Part shown: one piece after another, positions 32,335-46,063 of the stretch
How positions within the stretch are numbered: position 1 is the first letter of the stretch
Layout: the number at the start of each line of letters is the position of its first letter
The notes under the pieces: model-generated
Told to the model about the DNA's origin: nothing
The model's database searches: none
What the model saw: only the letters and a program-made list of their open reading frames with translations
NCBI RefSeq assembly: GCF_035570115.1
Contig: NZ_DATMLH010000240.1
Span: forward strand, 17,529-81,528
Direction of reading: 5' to 3'
DNA length: 64,000 nt
Source of the DNA: Mycobacterium sp.
Lineage (GTDB): Bacteria; Actinomycetota; Actinomycetes; Mycobacteriales; Mycobacteriaceae
Translations under genes and position numbers: made by a program

Positions 32335-33867
32335 ATGACCGTTACTCGACCCGGACCCGAAGGCGGTGGCGTGATGACCGGTCACGAGGTTGACGTCCTC
32401 GTCGTCGGCGCCGGCCCGACCGGGCTGACCGCCGCCGGTGACCTCGCGCGAGCGGGCCGCTCGGTTACCGTGCTGGAGCGCTGGCCTGCGATCAACCCGT
32501 CCAGTCGCGCGTTCGCCACCATGGCGCGCACGCTGGAGATTTTGGACGCCCGCGGAATCGCCGACGATCTGCTCGCGCACGCGCACAAGGCGCCGGGCGT
32601 GACGATTTTCGGCGGCGCCCGCATCGATCTCACGCACCTCGACTCGCCCTACCCATTCGCGATGATCACTCCCCAAACCAATGTCGACCGGGCGCTGTGC
32701 GGCTACGCCGTCGCGCAAGGGGCCGAGATCTTGCGCGGCATGGAGGTCGTCGCACTCGATCAAGACGCCGACGGCGTGACCGTCACCGCGCGTGCGCACG
32801 GTGACCAGTCGGGTCGTCAAATCTATTGGCGAGCAAAGTACTTGATCGGTGCCGACGGCGCGCACAGCATCGTCCGCGCGCTGATCGGCGCCGACTTCCC
32901 CGGTAAGACGATCTTGTCGTCGATCGTGCTCGCTGATGTCAAGCTGGCGCACGGGCCTGCGGACGGCGGCCTGACGCTGGGCAGCACCCGCGACGAGTTC
33001 GCGTTTTTAGCTCCCTACGACCGCCACGACGATGACGGCTCCTGGTACCGCGCGATGGTGTGGGACCGCAACAATCAAGTTCCCGACACCGAGCCGGTCG
33101 GCGACGCAGAGATCGGCACAGTGCTCAGCCGCGCGATGGAAGCCGACCTCGGGCTTCTGGAAGTCGGATGGAAATCCCGATTCCATTGCGACGAAAGACA
33201 AGTCGCCCAGTACCGGCATGGTCGCGTGTTCCTGGCCGGAGATGCGGCACACGTCCACTCGCCGATGGGTGGTCAGGGCATGAACACCGGCGTCCAGGAC
33301 GCGGCGAACCTCGCCTGGAAGATCGACGTGGCGCTCGATGGTGCGGACGACGGCCTGCTGGACAGCTATCAGGACGAGCGTCATCCGATTGGCAAGCGGG
33401 TCCTGCTGCAATCCGGTCTGATGGCGCGTGGCGTCACCCTTCATCCGCGAGTCGCGCGTGGGATACGAAACCTGCTGTTGCCGAGACTTCTTCGTGTTCC
33501 CCGGGTGCGTGATGAGGTAGCAGGGAGTTTCGCGGGCACGACGCTCCGGTATACGCACCAGGCTGGCGAGAGCGCTTTGGTGGGCACCAGGGCGACGCAG
33601 ATCCCGCTGAAGCAAGACCGTCTCACAGAGCTGCAGCGCGAGCCCGGCTTCGTGTTGGTTCGTGAGAGCGGCAGGTCTCCGTTTGACGTGACCGACCTGC
33701 ACCAAGCCGAGCGGGCCGATTCCGGGCCGGCAGTGCTGGTGCGGCCCGACGGTTACATCGCCTGGGCCGGCGACTCCGCCAATCGGCCCGAATGGCTTGA
33801 GATACTTGCCCGCTGGACCGGGCCTGTCGCGCGGGCGAACACCGTGTCGCCGTCCGTGGCCAGTTGA
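32335..33867 (+). CDS. FAD-dependent monooxygenase
   Basis: VVGAGPTGL, GADGAHS, LAGDAAHVHSPMGGQGMNTG, VRPDGY. Confidence 0.93.
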   Translation: MTVTRPGPEGGGVMTGHEVDVLVVGAGPTGLTAAGDLARAGRSVTVLERWPAINPSSRAFATMARTLEILDARGIADDLLAHAHKAPGVTIFGGARIDLTHLDSPYPFAMITPQTNVDRALCGYAVAQGAEILRGMEVVALDQDADGVTVTARAHGDQSGRQIYWRAKYLIGADGAHSIVRALIGADFPGKTILSSIVLADVKLAHGPADGGLTLGSTRDEFAFLAPYDRHDDDGSWYRAMVWDRNNQVPDTEPVGDAEIGTVLSRAMEADLGLLEVGWKSRFHCDERQVAQYRHGRVFLAGDAAHVHSPMGGQGMNTGVQDAANLAWKIDVALDGADDGLLDSYQDERHPIGKRVLLQSGLMARGVTLHPRVARGIRNLLLPRLLRVPRVRDEVAGSFAGTTLRYTHQAGESALVGTRATQIPLKQDRLTELQREPGFVLVRESGRSPFDVTDLHQAERADSGPAVLVRPDGYIAWAGDSANRPEWLEILARWTGPVARANTVSPSVAS

Positions 33868-33905
33868 TGCAACTCAGCCAGGGGTGCCCCTTGTAGCCTG
33901 GGCGC

Positions 33906-37074
<3,169 letters not shown>

Positions 37075-37085
37075 CGGGTGCGGTA

Positions 37086-38123
37086 ATGAGCGAGCCGGCC
37101 AAACCAGGAATCCTGGATCGGCTGCGGGCGCGGTTCGGATGGTTCGACCACGCGATGCGGGCCAACGACCGATACGACGAATCCAAGGGCAACTTCTTCG
37201 CGGCCGGACTGACGTACTACACGATCTTCGCGTTGTTCCCTTTGCTGATGGTCAGTTTCAGCGTCGGTGGATTCATCCTGTCGCGTCAGCCCCACGTGCT
37301 GACCGGGATCGACAACAAGGTCAGGTCCGCGGTGCCGGGCGCGCTGGGGCAGCAAGTGGTCGACCTGATGAATTCGGCGATCGATTCACGGGCCTCGGTC
37401 GGCTTCATCGGTCTGATCGCCGCGGCATGGGTCGGCCTGAACTGGATGGCCAATCTTCGGGTGGCGCTGAGCGAAATGTGGCAACAGAACGACGAGTCGC
37501 CCGGATTCATTGGATTCATCCGCACAAAGTTTTCCGACCTGGTGGCGATGGTTTCGTCGTTTGTCGCGATCCTCGCCACGCTCGCGCTCAGTGCCCTCGT
37601 TGCTGCGGTGCCAATGGACAAGGTATTGGGGTGGGTGGGTATTCACAACGCGCCAGTGCTGGACGCAGTCCTTCTCGGCGTGTCGATGCTGATTTCATTG
37701 CTGGTGTCTTGGTCGGTATTCAGCTGGATGATCGCCCGATTGCCCAGAGAGCCAGTCAACTTCGCCAGCTCGATAAAGGCGGGTCTGATTGCGGCAATCG
37801 GCTTCGAGCTGTTCAAGGTGGTTGCGTCGATCTACCTGATGTCCGTGCTGCGCAGCCCGGCTGGCGCCGCATTCGGGCCGGTGCTGGGCCTGATGGTGTT
37901 CGCCTACATCACCATGCGGTTGCTTCTGTTCGCTACCGCGTGGGCGGCGACGTCGACGGAAAACCTGGTCGAGGCGCCGGTGGAGGCGCCTGAGCCAGCG
38001 ATCATCGCGCCCAGGGTGCAGGTGAACGACGGTCTTAGTGCGCGGCAGGCATTGACCGCTGCGGCGGTGGGTGCCGTTGGAGCACTTGGTCTTTCCCGAC
38101 TGGTCCGACGGAGTAAAGGATAG
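37086..38123 (+). CDS. YhjD/YihY family inner membrane protein (Rv3335c-like)
   Basis: AAGLTYYTIFALFPLL; multiple TM helices. Confidence 0.88.
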   Translation: MSEPAKPGILDRLRARFGWFDHAMRANDRYDESKGNFFAAGLTYYTIFALFPLLMVSFSVGGFILSRQPHVLTGIDNKVRSAVPGALGQQVVDLMNSAIDSRASVGFIGLIAAAWVGLNWMANLRVALSEMWQQNDESPGFIGFIRTKFSDLVAMVSSFVAILATLALSALVAAVPMDKVLGWVGIHNAPVLDAVLLGVSMLISLLVSWSVFSWMIARLPREPVNFASSIKAGLIAAIGFELFKVVASIYLMSVLRSPAGAAFGPVLGLMVFAYITMRLLLFATAWAATSTENLVEAPVEAPEPAIIAPRVQVNDGLSARQALTAAAVGAVGALGLSRLVRRSKG

Positions 38124-38253
38124 CTTTCCGGCAAAGCACCCTATAGCGATCGTTGCTTTCCCGAAACAATTTGGCTACGACGGGGTGCTTTGGCGCAAAA
38201 CCGTGTCACCCTCATGGGCACGAATAGTTGCTCTACGCAAAGGCGGGTAGGCG

Positions 38254-38997
38254 ATGTCGGAACCAAACCTGTTCCACAAACTGGCAGCGGAAACGATCGG
38301 CACCTTCTGGCTGGTGCTCGGCGGCTGCGGCAGCGCGATTTTCTCGGCGAAGGTTCACGCCGGCCACTACCCGCTGGGTATTGGCTATCTTGGCGTGGCA
38401 TTGGCCTTCGGTCTGACCGTATTGGTCGGCGTGTACGCATTCGGCACGATCTCCGGCGGACATTTCAACCCCGCTGTCACGCTGGGGGCCGCGTTTGCTC
38501 GCCGCGTGGAATGGAAAGTGCTGCCCGCGTATTGGATTGTTCAGGTGATCGGCGGGCTGCTCGCGGCGGTGGTGATCTACTACATCGCGATGGGCAAGGC
38601 CGGCTTCAGTGCCACCGGGAACATGGCGGCCAACGGTTACGGCGAACACTCACCCGGTCATTACTCACTCGGCGCGGTGATTCTCGCCGAGATCGTCCTG
38701 ACGGCGATGTTCCTGTTCGTCATCCTCGGCTCGACCGACGCCCGGGCGCCGAAAGGCTTTGCCGGCTTGGCGATCGGGCTGACACTGACCGGCATCCACC
38801 TGGTCGCCATTCCGATCTCCAACACGTCGGTCAACCCGGCCCGCTCCACCGCCGTGGCATTCTTCAACGGCAACGGCGCTCCCGCGCAACTGTGGGTGTT
38901 CTGGCTTGCGCCGCTCATCGGCGGGGCGATCGCCGGCATCGCCTACCCCTTCTTGTTCGGCCGGGCTGAGGAGACCGCCGACGGCGGCGCCGTCTAG
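38254..38997 (+). CDS. aqpZ: Aquaporin Z
   Basis: [10 protein letters not shown] and SVNPARS (two NPA motifs). Confidence 0.95.
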   Translation: MSEPNLFHKLAAETIGTFWLVLGGCGSAIFSAKVHAGHYPLGIGYLGVALAFGLTVLVGVYAFGTISGGHFNPAVTLGAAFARRVEWKVLPAYWIVQVIGGLLAAVVIYYIAMGKAGFSATGNMAANGYGEHSPGHYSLGAVILAEIVLTAMFLFVILGSTDARAPKGFAGLAIGLTLTGIHLVAIPISNTSVNPARSTAVAFFNGNGAPAQLWVFWLAPLIGGAIAGIAYPFLFGRAEETADGGAV

Positions 38998-39587
38998 TCG
39001 CCGGTCAGGTAGCGCTGCACCGTCGGCCCAATCCGGGCGACCAGGTCCTCGACAGCGGTTGACGCGATCGGCTCGAGCTTGAGTTGGTAACGCGCGAACG
39101 CCAATCCGGCTAGGTGGCTGGCCACCAGCTCAACACGCAACTCGGCATCGGTGACTCCGAACTCCGCGGCGATCCGCTGGGCAACCGGTCCAGCGATGGC
39201 GTCGTGCAGCACCTGTCGAGCCTGCGGTTGGATAGCCGCCGACCGCCACAGCGTCAGGAACGGCTCGAAGACACCGCCTTCGTCCCAGTGCTCGAGGAAG
39301 CGGCGCACCAGTCGCTCCCCGACCTGGTCGGGACCCTCGTCGAGCAGGGTGGCCAACTGGTGCAGCGGGTGCTCGGGACCGGTCAGCGTCGATGCGCTGA
39401 ACAAGCCTTCCTTGCTGCCGAAGAAGTAATAAACCATCGCAACATCCACTCCGGCGTCCGCGGCAATCGCGCGGACAGCGGCTCGTTCGTACCCGTCGCG
39501 CATGAAACGTTCGCGTGCGGCGTCGATGATCCGCTGCCGGCTCTGCTGGCCGGTCCGCCACCGACCGGGACGCCGGGCCTCTGACAT
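38994..39587 (-). CDS. TetR family regulator
   Basis: [26 protein letters not shown]. Confidence 0.92.
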   Translation of the reverse strand: MSEARRPGRWRTGQQSRQRIIDAARERFMRDGYERAAVRAIAADAGVDVAMVYYFFGSKEGLFSASTLTGPEHPLHQLATLLDEGPDQVGERLVRRFLEHWDEGGVFEPFLTLWRSAAIQPQARQVLHDAIAGPVAQRIAAEFGVTDAELRVELVASHLAGLAFARYQLKLEPIASTAVEDLVARIGPTVQRYLTGD

Positions 39588-39600
39588 GCACAGCAGCATA

Positions 39601-39664
39601 CTTCAACGCACGTTGACGTTAGGTCATCTGGCGGCGTACGGTTGTTCTTCAACGGGAGTTGAAG
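39601..39664. promoter_or_regulatory. Two TetR operator palindromes
   Basis: TTCAACGCACGTTGA and CTTCAACGGGAGTTGAAG. Confidence 0.7.
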
Positions 39665-39687
39665 TATCAGAAAGGAAGGGGCTCGCG

Positions 39688-40227
39688 ATGGTTGCGGAAA
39701 CGCGTGGACGACGGCTGTGGTGGCGGCATCTGATCTCGGTTCTGATCGCCCCGGTCACCATGACGCTGGTGATACCGGCGCAGATCGTCGACTGGGCCCA
39801 CGTGCGTATGCCGGATCTGGGCTCACCGCTGAATGCCGGACTGGTGACGGTCGGCGGCCTGCTGATCGCCGGCGGGCTGGGCCTGCTCATCTGGACCGTG
39901 TTGCTGTTCGACCGAGAGGGCAAGGGAACGCTTGGCGTGGGCACGCTGCTCGGAGAACCGGTCCACCTCGTCGTACAGGGCCCATACCGGCATGTGCGCA
40001 ACCCGATGATCAGCGGCGTGCTGGCCATCCTGCTCGGCGAGGCGGCCGTCGCGGCGTCGGGTTGGCTGCTGCTATGGTTTGCGATGTTCTTCGCGTGCCT
40101 TGCGACTTTCATCAGGTTCTGGGAAGAACCTCACCTCGCTCAGCGCTACGGCAGCGAGTACGTCAACTACCGGGAAAACGTCCCGGCCTGGAGGCCTCGA
40201 GTCTCGGCTTGGACGCCGAGCGCATAA
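39688..40227 (+). CDS. Isoprenylcysteine carboxyl/phospholipid methyltransferase family membrane protein
   Basis: LVVQGPYRHVRNPM, EEPHL..RYG.EY..Y...VP.W. Confidence 0.88.
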   Translation: MVAETRGRRLWWRHLISVLIAPVTMTLVIPAQIVDWAHVRMPDLGSPLNAGLVTVGGLLIAGGLGLLIWTVLLFDREGKGTLGVGTLLGEPVHLVVQGPYRHVRNPMISGVLAILLGEAAVAASGWLLLWFAMFFACLATFIRFWEEPHLAQRYGSEYVNYRENVPAWRPRVSAWTPSA

Positions 40228-40230
40228 GAG

Positions 40231-41400
40231 CTAGCGCTCCGCTTGCCATTCGCCGTCGGCCATGACGTCGGCGACCTGTAGGTCCCGATCCAGCACAACA
40301 AGATTGGCATCGGCACCGGCGCGCAAAGCACCGACATTGTCCAGGCCCAGCGCCCGGGCAGGGGTCGTAGAGGTCATCTGCACTGCGGCGGCCAGTGCCG
40401 TGTCCCGGTCCGAGCCGAGGCCGGCCGCGGTGCGGAAGAGCTGATCCATCGTCGCCGTGCTGCCGGCGATCGTCGAGGTCCCACGCACACGTGCCACCCG
40501 CTCCACAACATCGATCTGCACTGCCCCTAGCTGGAATTCGCCATCGCCCAATCCCGCCGCCGCGGTGGCGTCGGTGACCAACGCCACCCGGTCCGCTCCC
40601 GCCGCCTCGATGACCGCTCGCAGCATTGCGGGGTGGACGTGCACGCCGTCCGCGATCAACTCGACGGTCACCCGGGCATCCTCCAACAACGCGAGCGCAG
40701 GGCCGGGCTCGCGGTGGTGCACTGGGCGCATCGCGTTGAATAAGTGGGTGCCTACCGTCGCGCCCAGCTCGACGGCACGACGGGTCTGCTCGTACGTCGC
40801 CTCCGTATGACCAACGGCGACAATTACTCCGGCGTCGACGAAGCGGGTGATCGCGTCGTTGCTTGCGGCGCGTTCCGGCGCCAGGGTCACCATCCGGATT
40901 GCGCCCTCGCCTGCGGCCAGCAGCGCGTCGATCTCAGCAGGGGCCGGGTCGCGCAGCTGCGTGGGATCGTGCGCCCCGCAGCGCGTCGGGCTGAGCCACG
41001 GCCCCTCCAGATGAATACCGGCGACGGTGCCCGCGCGGGTCGACTCGGCGAGCACAGCCACCGCCCTGAGCAGATCGGTGGGTGACGCCGTGACCAGACT
41101 CGCCAGCGTGGTGGTCGTGCCATGCCGGCGGTGAAACCTCGCCGCGCGCAGGATATCTGCGTCGTTGGCGTCGGTGTATGACGCGCCGCCGCCACCGTGC
41201 GCATGCATATCGACAAAACCCGGCACTACCAGCGTGTGGGGCATGTCGACGTCGGCGGGCCGGGGTGGCAGACCGGACCCGCAGTCCACGATCCGCGGGC
41301 CCGACGTTTCCAACCAGCCCGGTCGGCAGATGCCCTGCTCCAGTATCACAGTGCCCGCGGCGATCAGCGTGCCGATGCCGGACAGCGGGGGGCCGCTCAC
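40231..41400 (-). CDS. nagA: N-acetylglucosamine-6-phosphate deacetylase
   Basis: PGFVDMHAHG, HLEGP, THLFNAM. Confidence 0.95.
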   Translation of the reverse strand: MSGPPLSGIGTLIAAGTVILEQGICRPGWLETSGPRIVDCGSGLPPRPADVDMPHTLVVPGFVDMHAHGGGGASYTDANDADILRAARFHRRHGTTTTLASLVTASPTDLLRAVAVLAESTRAGTVAGIHLEGPWLSPTRCGAHDPTQLRDPAPAEIDALLAAGEGAIRMVTLAPERAASNDAITRFVDAGVIVAVGHTEATYEQTRRAVELGATVGTHLFNAMRPVHHREPGPALALLEDARVTVELIADGVHVHPAMLRAVIEAAGADRVALVTDATAAAGLGDGEFQLGAVQIDVVERVARVRGTSTIAGSTATMDQLFRTAAGLGSDRDTALAAAVQMTSTTPARALGLDNVGALRAGADANLVVLDRDLQVADVMADGEWQAER

Positions 41401-41410
41401 GGTCGTGAGC

Positions 41411-42655
41411 TTAGTTCTGCGGCCGGCGATTCATCGAGCGAGCGGCCAGGATCAACCCGAACACGATGACGGTGCCGATCACCGCCACGCCGACCCGTAC
41501 CGGCAGCGCGTCGGCGGGCGGCACGATTGCGGCAGCGCTCGCGGCGGCGCCCGGAACGGCGTCGCCGCCGGCCGATGTCTTGAGTGCTGCCACCAATGAC
41601 GGGTCGGGTTCGATCAGTGTTCCCACCCGGGTGCCCGGGGCGGTCGCGAAGCCGTAATCCAGCAGATGCGCGGCCTGCTGCCAAGGCGCAATCGGCTGAC
41701 GGGTGCCGTGCAACAGCACCGCCATCAGCCGGCGCCCGTCCCGGTTAGCGGCGCCCACGAACGTCTGGCCCGCGTCGTCGGTGTAGCCGGTCTTGCCGCC
41801 TAGCGCCCCCGGATAGTGGTAAAGCAGCTGGTTGTCGTTTTCCAGCTGATAGCCGGGGCGGTCGGCGTGCCCAGGGAAATCGAACGTCCGCGTGTTGACG
41901 ATGTCAGCGAAAGTTGGGTTTTCCCAAGCGTATCGGTAGAACAGCCCGATGTCGTACGCCGACGTGCTCATGCCGGGGCCGTCCAGCCCCGAGGGCGTTG
42001 CGGCGCGGGTGTCGCGACCGCCGAGCTTGCCGGCCAGCATGTTGATCTTCTCCAGTGAGACCGGCATGCCGCCCAGCTGCATGGCCAGCGCATGCGCGGC
42101 GTCGTTGCCGGAGTGCATCAACAACCCATGCAGCAACTGGTTGACGGTGTAGGTGCCACCCGGGGCAACGCCGACCCGGGTGCCCTCCGCAGCGGCATCT
42201 TCAGGCGTGCCGTCGACGGTCTTGTTGAGGTTGAGCTCGCCCAGCGATGCCATCGCTACGAGCACCTTGATGACACTGGCCGGGCGGTGGCGGCCATGCG
42301 GGTCGCGGGCGGCGATGATCGCGCCGCTGTCCAGATCGGCTACCACCCAAGCCTCGGCGGAGATGTCGTTGGGCACCGGTGGGGTGTCGGCTGCGGTGAC
42401 CACACCGCAGCCGCCCAGCGCGTTACCGCCGATCGGCGACGCAGGAACCGGCAGCGGAAGGGGTGGATCGCCCGCCTGCGGTACTTCTGACGAGTCCACC
42501 GCCGGCGGGGTCGCCACCTTGTACGGGCACGTGTCGTGTGCGGGACTGGGCTCGGCGATCGCGATCGGCATGCCCGCCACGGCGGGTGCCGTGACCAGGA
42601 AAGCCGCCGCTGCCAGGCATGACGCATCGCGTAAGAAAGGTCGCAAATGAGGCAT
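41411..42655 (-). CDS. dacB1: D-alanyl-D-alanine carboxypeptidase
   Basis: SxxK (ASVIK), SGN, KTG and a C-terminal TM anchor. Confidence 0.93.
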   Translation of the reverse strand: MPHLRPFLRDASCLAAAAFLVTAPAVAGMPIAIAEPSPAHDTCPYKVATPPAVDSSEVPQAGDPPLPLPVPASPIGGNALGGCGVVTAADTPPVPNDISAEAWVVADLDSGAIIAARDPHGRHRPASVIKVLVAMASLGELNLNKTVDGTPEDAAAEGTRVGVAPGGTYTVNQLLHGLLMHSGNDAAHALAMQLGGMPVSLEKINMLAGKLGGRDTRAATPSGLDGPGMSTSAYDIGLFYRYAWENPTFADIVNTRTFDFPGHADRPGYQLENDNQLLYHYPGALGGKTGYTDDAGQTFVGAANRDGRRLMAVLLHGTRQPIAPWQQAAHLLDYGFATAPGTRVGTLIEPDPSLVAALKTSAGGDAVPGAAASAAAIVPPADALPVRVGVAVIGTVIVFGLILAARSMNRRPQN

Positions 42656-42723
42656 CGTGTGTGCAGAGTAGGCGATCAGCGGCCCGATTCCTGGAAGCCG
42701 CGCTGTGACTGGTGTTGCAGAAG

Positions 42724-43713
42724 TTACAAATCCAGGTAACAGATCGTCGGGCCACCGATGCGGCCCAGCCAGAGCCGGCCGGGCGTTTCCACCACTCCCG
42801 TTGCCAGGCCGAAGGCCGGATGCTGGGCGCGAAGCTGGGTTACGACGTGGCCGTCGTCGGGGTCGAATGCGACCACCCACACCGTCGGCTTCGGGTTCGG
42901 CAGCCACCGGTAGGGCAGTCGCCATAACAGCGAGCGGATGACCGGCGCGCGCGGACCCAGCCCCTCGCTGAGCCGGTTTCGTTCCGAGACAATGGCGACC
43001 CAGATCCTGCCGTCGTGACCCGTCGCGATGTTGTCGGGGTAACCCGGCAGATCGCTGACCAGTGCGGTGATCGAGCCCGCCCGGCTTCCGGTGAGCCAGT
43101 ATTTGGACAGCCGGCAGCCGGTCGTCTCGGCGAATACCAAGGCCGACTCGTCGGTGGTCAGCGTGACGCCGTTGGCGAAGTGCAGACCTGACGCGAGCAC
43201 GGTCACCGCACCGTCGGGATCACGCCGGAACAGCGAGCCGGTGGGCCGTCCCTCGACTACTGCGCCCTTGTAGTACTCGTAGTGAAAGCGGCTCGTCGAC
43301 TCGGTGAAAAAGATTGTGCCGTCTGAGGATTCGACGACGTTGGAGCAGAACGTCAACGCTCGCCCGGCCACCTCGGCGACCAACGTTTCCAGCGTCCCGC
43401 TGCCGGGGTCGTATCGCAGCAGGCCGCGGTGACTGTCGCAGATCAGCAGCCGCCCGTCGCGGGCGACCGCCAAGCCGAGCGGTCGCCCGCCGGTGTTGAC
43501 CATCACCTGCGTCGAGGCGCCGTCGGGGGTGATCCGGATGATGCGTCCGTCCTCGACACCGGTCCAGATGTTCCCTTCGGCATCGGCGACGACATCCTCC
43601 GGCGCGTTGCCGGGTAGCGGCAGCACGTGCAGCGTCGCCACCAGGTCGGGATCGGGTAGCGGCCGTGAGGGCGGTGGTTGCCACCGGATCGGGTCGATCT
43701 TCGGTTTGGTCAC
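42724..43713 (-). CDS. SMP-30/strictosidine synthase-like beta-propeller
   Basis: [19 protein letters not shown]. Confidence 0.9.
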   Translation of the reverse strand: MTKPKIDPIRWQPPPSRPLPDPDLVATLHVLPLPGNAPEDVVADAEGNIWTGVEDGRIIRITPDGASTQVMVNTGGRPLGLAVARDGRLLICDSHRGLLRYDPGSGTLETLVAEVAGRALTFCSNVVESSDGTIFFTESTSRFHYEYYKGAVVEGRPTGSLFRRDPDGAVTVLASGLHFANGVTLTTDESALVFAETTGCRLSKYWLTGSRAGSITALVSDLPGYPDNIATGHDGRIWVAIVSERNRLSEGLGPRAPVIRSLLWRLPYRWLPNPKPTVWVVAFDPDDGHVVTQLRAQHPAFGLATGVVETPGRLWLGRIGGPTICYLDL

Positions 43714-45125
43714 AGGCGACTCCCGACATCCGTCAGCACACTGCGCAGGATGGCTTCGATGGTGTCGAACTCGGTTTGGCCGCTGATCAGCGGTGGCGCC
43801 AACTGGATGACGGAGTCGCCGCGGTCGTCGGTGCGGCAATACAGCCCGGCCTGGAAGAGGGCCGACGACACGTGACCGAGCAGCGAGCGGCGCTCGGTGT
43901 CGGTGAAGATTTGCTTGGTCGCCTTGTCCTTGACCAGTTCCACGCCGTAGAAGAACCCCTCGCCGCGCACATCGCCGACAATGGGCAAGTCGTACAGCTT
44001 TTCCAGGGTGGCGCGGAAGCTGGGCGCGTGGTTCTTGACGTGGTCGTTGAGCCCCTCACGCTCGAAGATGTCGAGGTTGGCCAAACCGACGGCGGCCGAC
44101 ACCGGGTGGCCGCCAAATGTATAGCCGTGCGCGAACATCGTGCTGCCGTCGTTGAACGGCTCAAACAACCGCTCGCTGGCGATCATGGCGCCGATCGGCG
44201 AGTAGCCCGACGTCATCCCCTTGGCGCAGGTGATCATGTCGGGCACGTAGCCGAAGTCGTCACAGGCGAACATGGACCCGATCCGGCCGAACGCGCAAAT
44301 CACCTCGTCGGAGACCAGCAGCACGTCGTAGGTGTCGCAGATCTCCCGTACCCGTTCGAAATAGCCTGGGGGAGGGGGGATGCTGCCGCCGGCGTTCTGC
44401 ACCGGTTCCAGGAACACCGCGGCCACGCTCTCGGGTCCTTCGAACTCGATCGCCTCGGCGATCCGGTCCGCGGCCCACTGTCCGAAGGCTTTGATGTCGG
44501 TGTGCTGACCTGCTCTGAAAAGCTCGGGTGCGCGGTAGAAGTTCGTGTTAGGCACCCGGAAGCCACCGGGCGTCACCGGCTCGAACGGTGCCTTGAACCG
44601 GGGCAGCCCGGTAATCGCCAGGGCGCCGTGGGTGGTGCCGTGGTAGGCGATCGACCGCGAAATCACTTTGTGCTTACCGGGTTTACCGGTCAGCTTGAAG
44701 TACTGCTTGGCCACTTTCCAGGCGGTTTCGACGGCCTCGGTGCCGCCGGTGGTGAAGAACACCCGGCTCAGGTCGCCGGGAGCGTAACTCGCCAGGCGCT
44801 CGGCGAGCTCGATCGCGGTTGGGGTGGCGTACCCCCACAGCGGGAAGAATGCCAGGGTGCTCGCCTGCCGGGCAGCCACCTCGGCCAGTTCGGTGCGGCC
44901 GTGGCCGACCTGCACAGTGAACAGACCGGACAGCCCGTCGAGGTAGCTTTTGCCGCGGTCGTCCCAGATCGTCACGCCTTCGCCCCGCGTGATGATCGGC
45001 GGCGTGATGCCCGGGCCGTGCCGGGCGAAGTGCAGCCAGAGGTTGTCGGTCATCTCGTTCGCGAGCGTAGCGCTAGGCTCGATGGCCCGGTTCCTCACTC
45101 GCGCCGTTCCGGCGCTCGCCGTCAC
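43710..45125 (-). CDS. Class III PLP aminotransferase (Rv3329-like)
   Basis: YHGTT, DEVICAFGR, TCAKGMTSGY. Start uncertain. Confidence 0.92.
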   Translation of the reverse strand: MTASAGTARVRNRAIEPSATLANEMTDNLWLHFARHGPGITPPIITRGEGVTIWDDRGKSYLDGLSGLFTVQVGHGRTELAEVAARQASTLAFFPLWGYATPTAIELAERLASYAPGDLSRVFFTTGGTEAVETAWKVAKQYFKLTGKPGKHKVISRSIAYHGTTHGALAITGLPRFKAPFEPVTPGGFRVPNTNFYRAPELFRAGQHTDIKAFGQWAADRIAEAIEFEGPESVAAVFLEPVQNAGGSIPPPPGYFERVREICDTYDVLLVSDEVICAFGRIGSMFACDDFGYVPDMITCAKGMTSGYSPIGAMIASERLFEPFNDGSTMFAHGYTFGGHPVSAAVGLANLDIFEREGLNDHVKNHAPSFRATLEKLYDLPIVGDVRGEGFFYGVELVKDKATKQIFTDTERRSLLGHVSSALFQAGLYCRTDDRGDSVIQLAPPLISGQTEFDTIEAILRSVLTDVGSRL

Positions 45126-45142
45126 CGCGCTAGGCTCGGGCC

Positions 45143-46063
45143 ATGACCTCCACGCAGGTCACCGAGTTCGAGGCACTGAGGCCGCATCTGATGGCGGTGG
45201 CCTACCGGGTGACCGGAACGGTGGCCGACGCCGAGGACATCGTCCAGGAAGCCTGGCTGCGCTGGAATCGACATGACAGCGCGATCACCGACCTACGGGC
45301 CTGGCTGACGACGGTGGTCAGCAGGCTCGGGCTGGATAGGTTGCGATCGGCGGCACATCGCCGCGAAACCTACACCGGCCACTGGCTGCCCGAACCCGTG
45401 GTCACCGGATTCGACGACACTGATCCGCTGTCTAGCGTCGTAGCCCGCGAGGATGCCCGCTTCGCGGCGATGGTGGTGCTGGAACGGCTCAGCGCCGATC
45501 AGCGGGTTGCGTTCGTGCTGCACGACGGCTTCAGCGTGCCGTTCGCGGAAGTGGCCGACGTGCTGGGCATCAGCGAAGCCGCCGCCCGACAGTTGGCCTC
45601 GCGGGCCCGCAAAGCCCTGGGGAGGAAAGCCGCGGAGCCGGCACCACCACCCGATCCCAACCACAACGAGGTAGTCGGCAAACTGATGGCCGCCATGGCC
45701 ATCGGCGATCTTGACGCGGTGGTGGCGTTGTTGCACCCCGACGTGACCCTGACCGGCGACGCGAATGGCAAGACGTCGACGGCGGTTCAGGTCATCCACG
45801 GGCCGGACAAGGTGGCCCGGTTCATGTTCGGCCTGATCCGCCGGTACGGCCCGGCGTTCTTCACTGCGAACCAGCTGGCGTTGATCAACGGCGAACTGGG
45901 TTCCTACACCGCGGGTTTCGCCGGCACCGACGGGTATCGAGGCATGGCGCCGCGGATAACCGCGATGACAGTGCGGGACGGAAAGGTCTGCGCGATATGG
46001 GATATCGCCAACCCCGACAAGTTCACCGGCTCTCCGCTGCGTGGTTCGCGTTTAGGTGCGTAG
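45143..46063 (+). CDS. sigJ: ECF41 sigma factor SigJ
   Basis: DAEDIVQEAWLRW, YTGHWLPEPVV, C-terminal NPDK. Confidence 0.93.
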   Translation: MTSTQVTEFEALRPHLMAVAYRVTGTVADAEDIVQEAWLRWNRHDSAITDLRAWLTTVVSRLGLDRLRSAAHRRETYTGHWLPEPVVTGFDDTDPLSSVVAREDARFAAMVVLERLSADQRVAFVLHDGFSVPFAEVADVLGISEAAARQLASRARKALGRKAAEPAPPPDPNHNEVVGKLMAAMAIGDLDAVVALLHPDVTLTGDANGKTSTAVQVIHGPDKVARFMFGLIRRYGPAFFTANQLALINGELGSYTAGFAGTDGYRGMAPRITAMTVRDGKVCAIWDIANPDKFTGSPLRGSRLGA

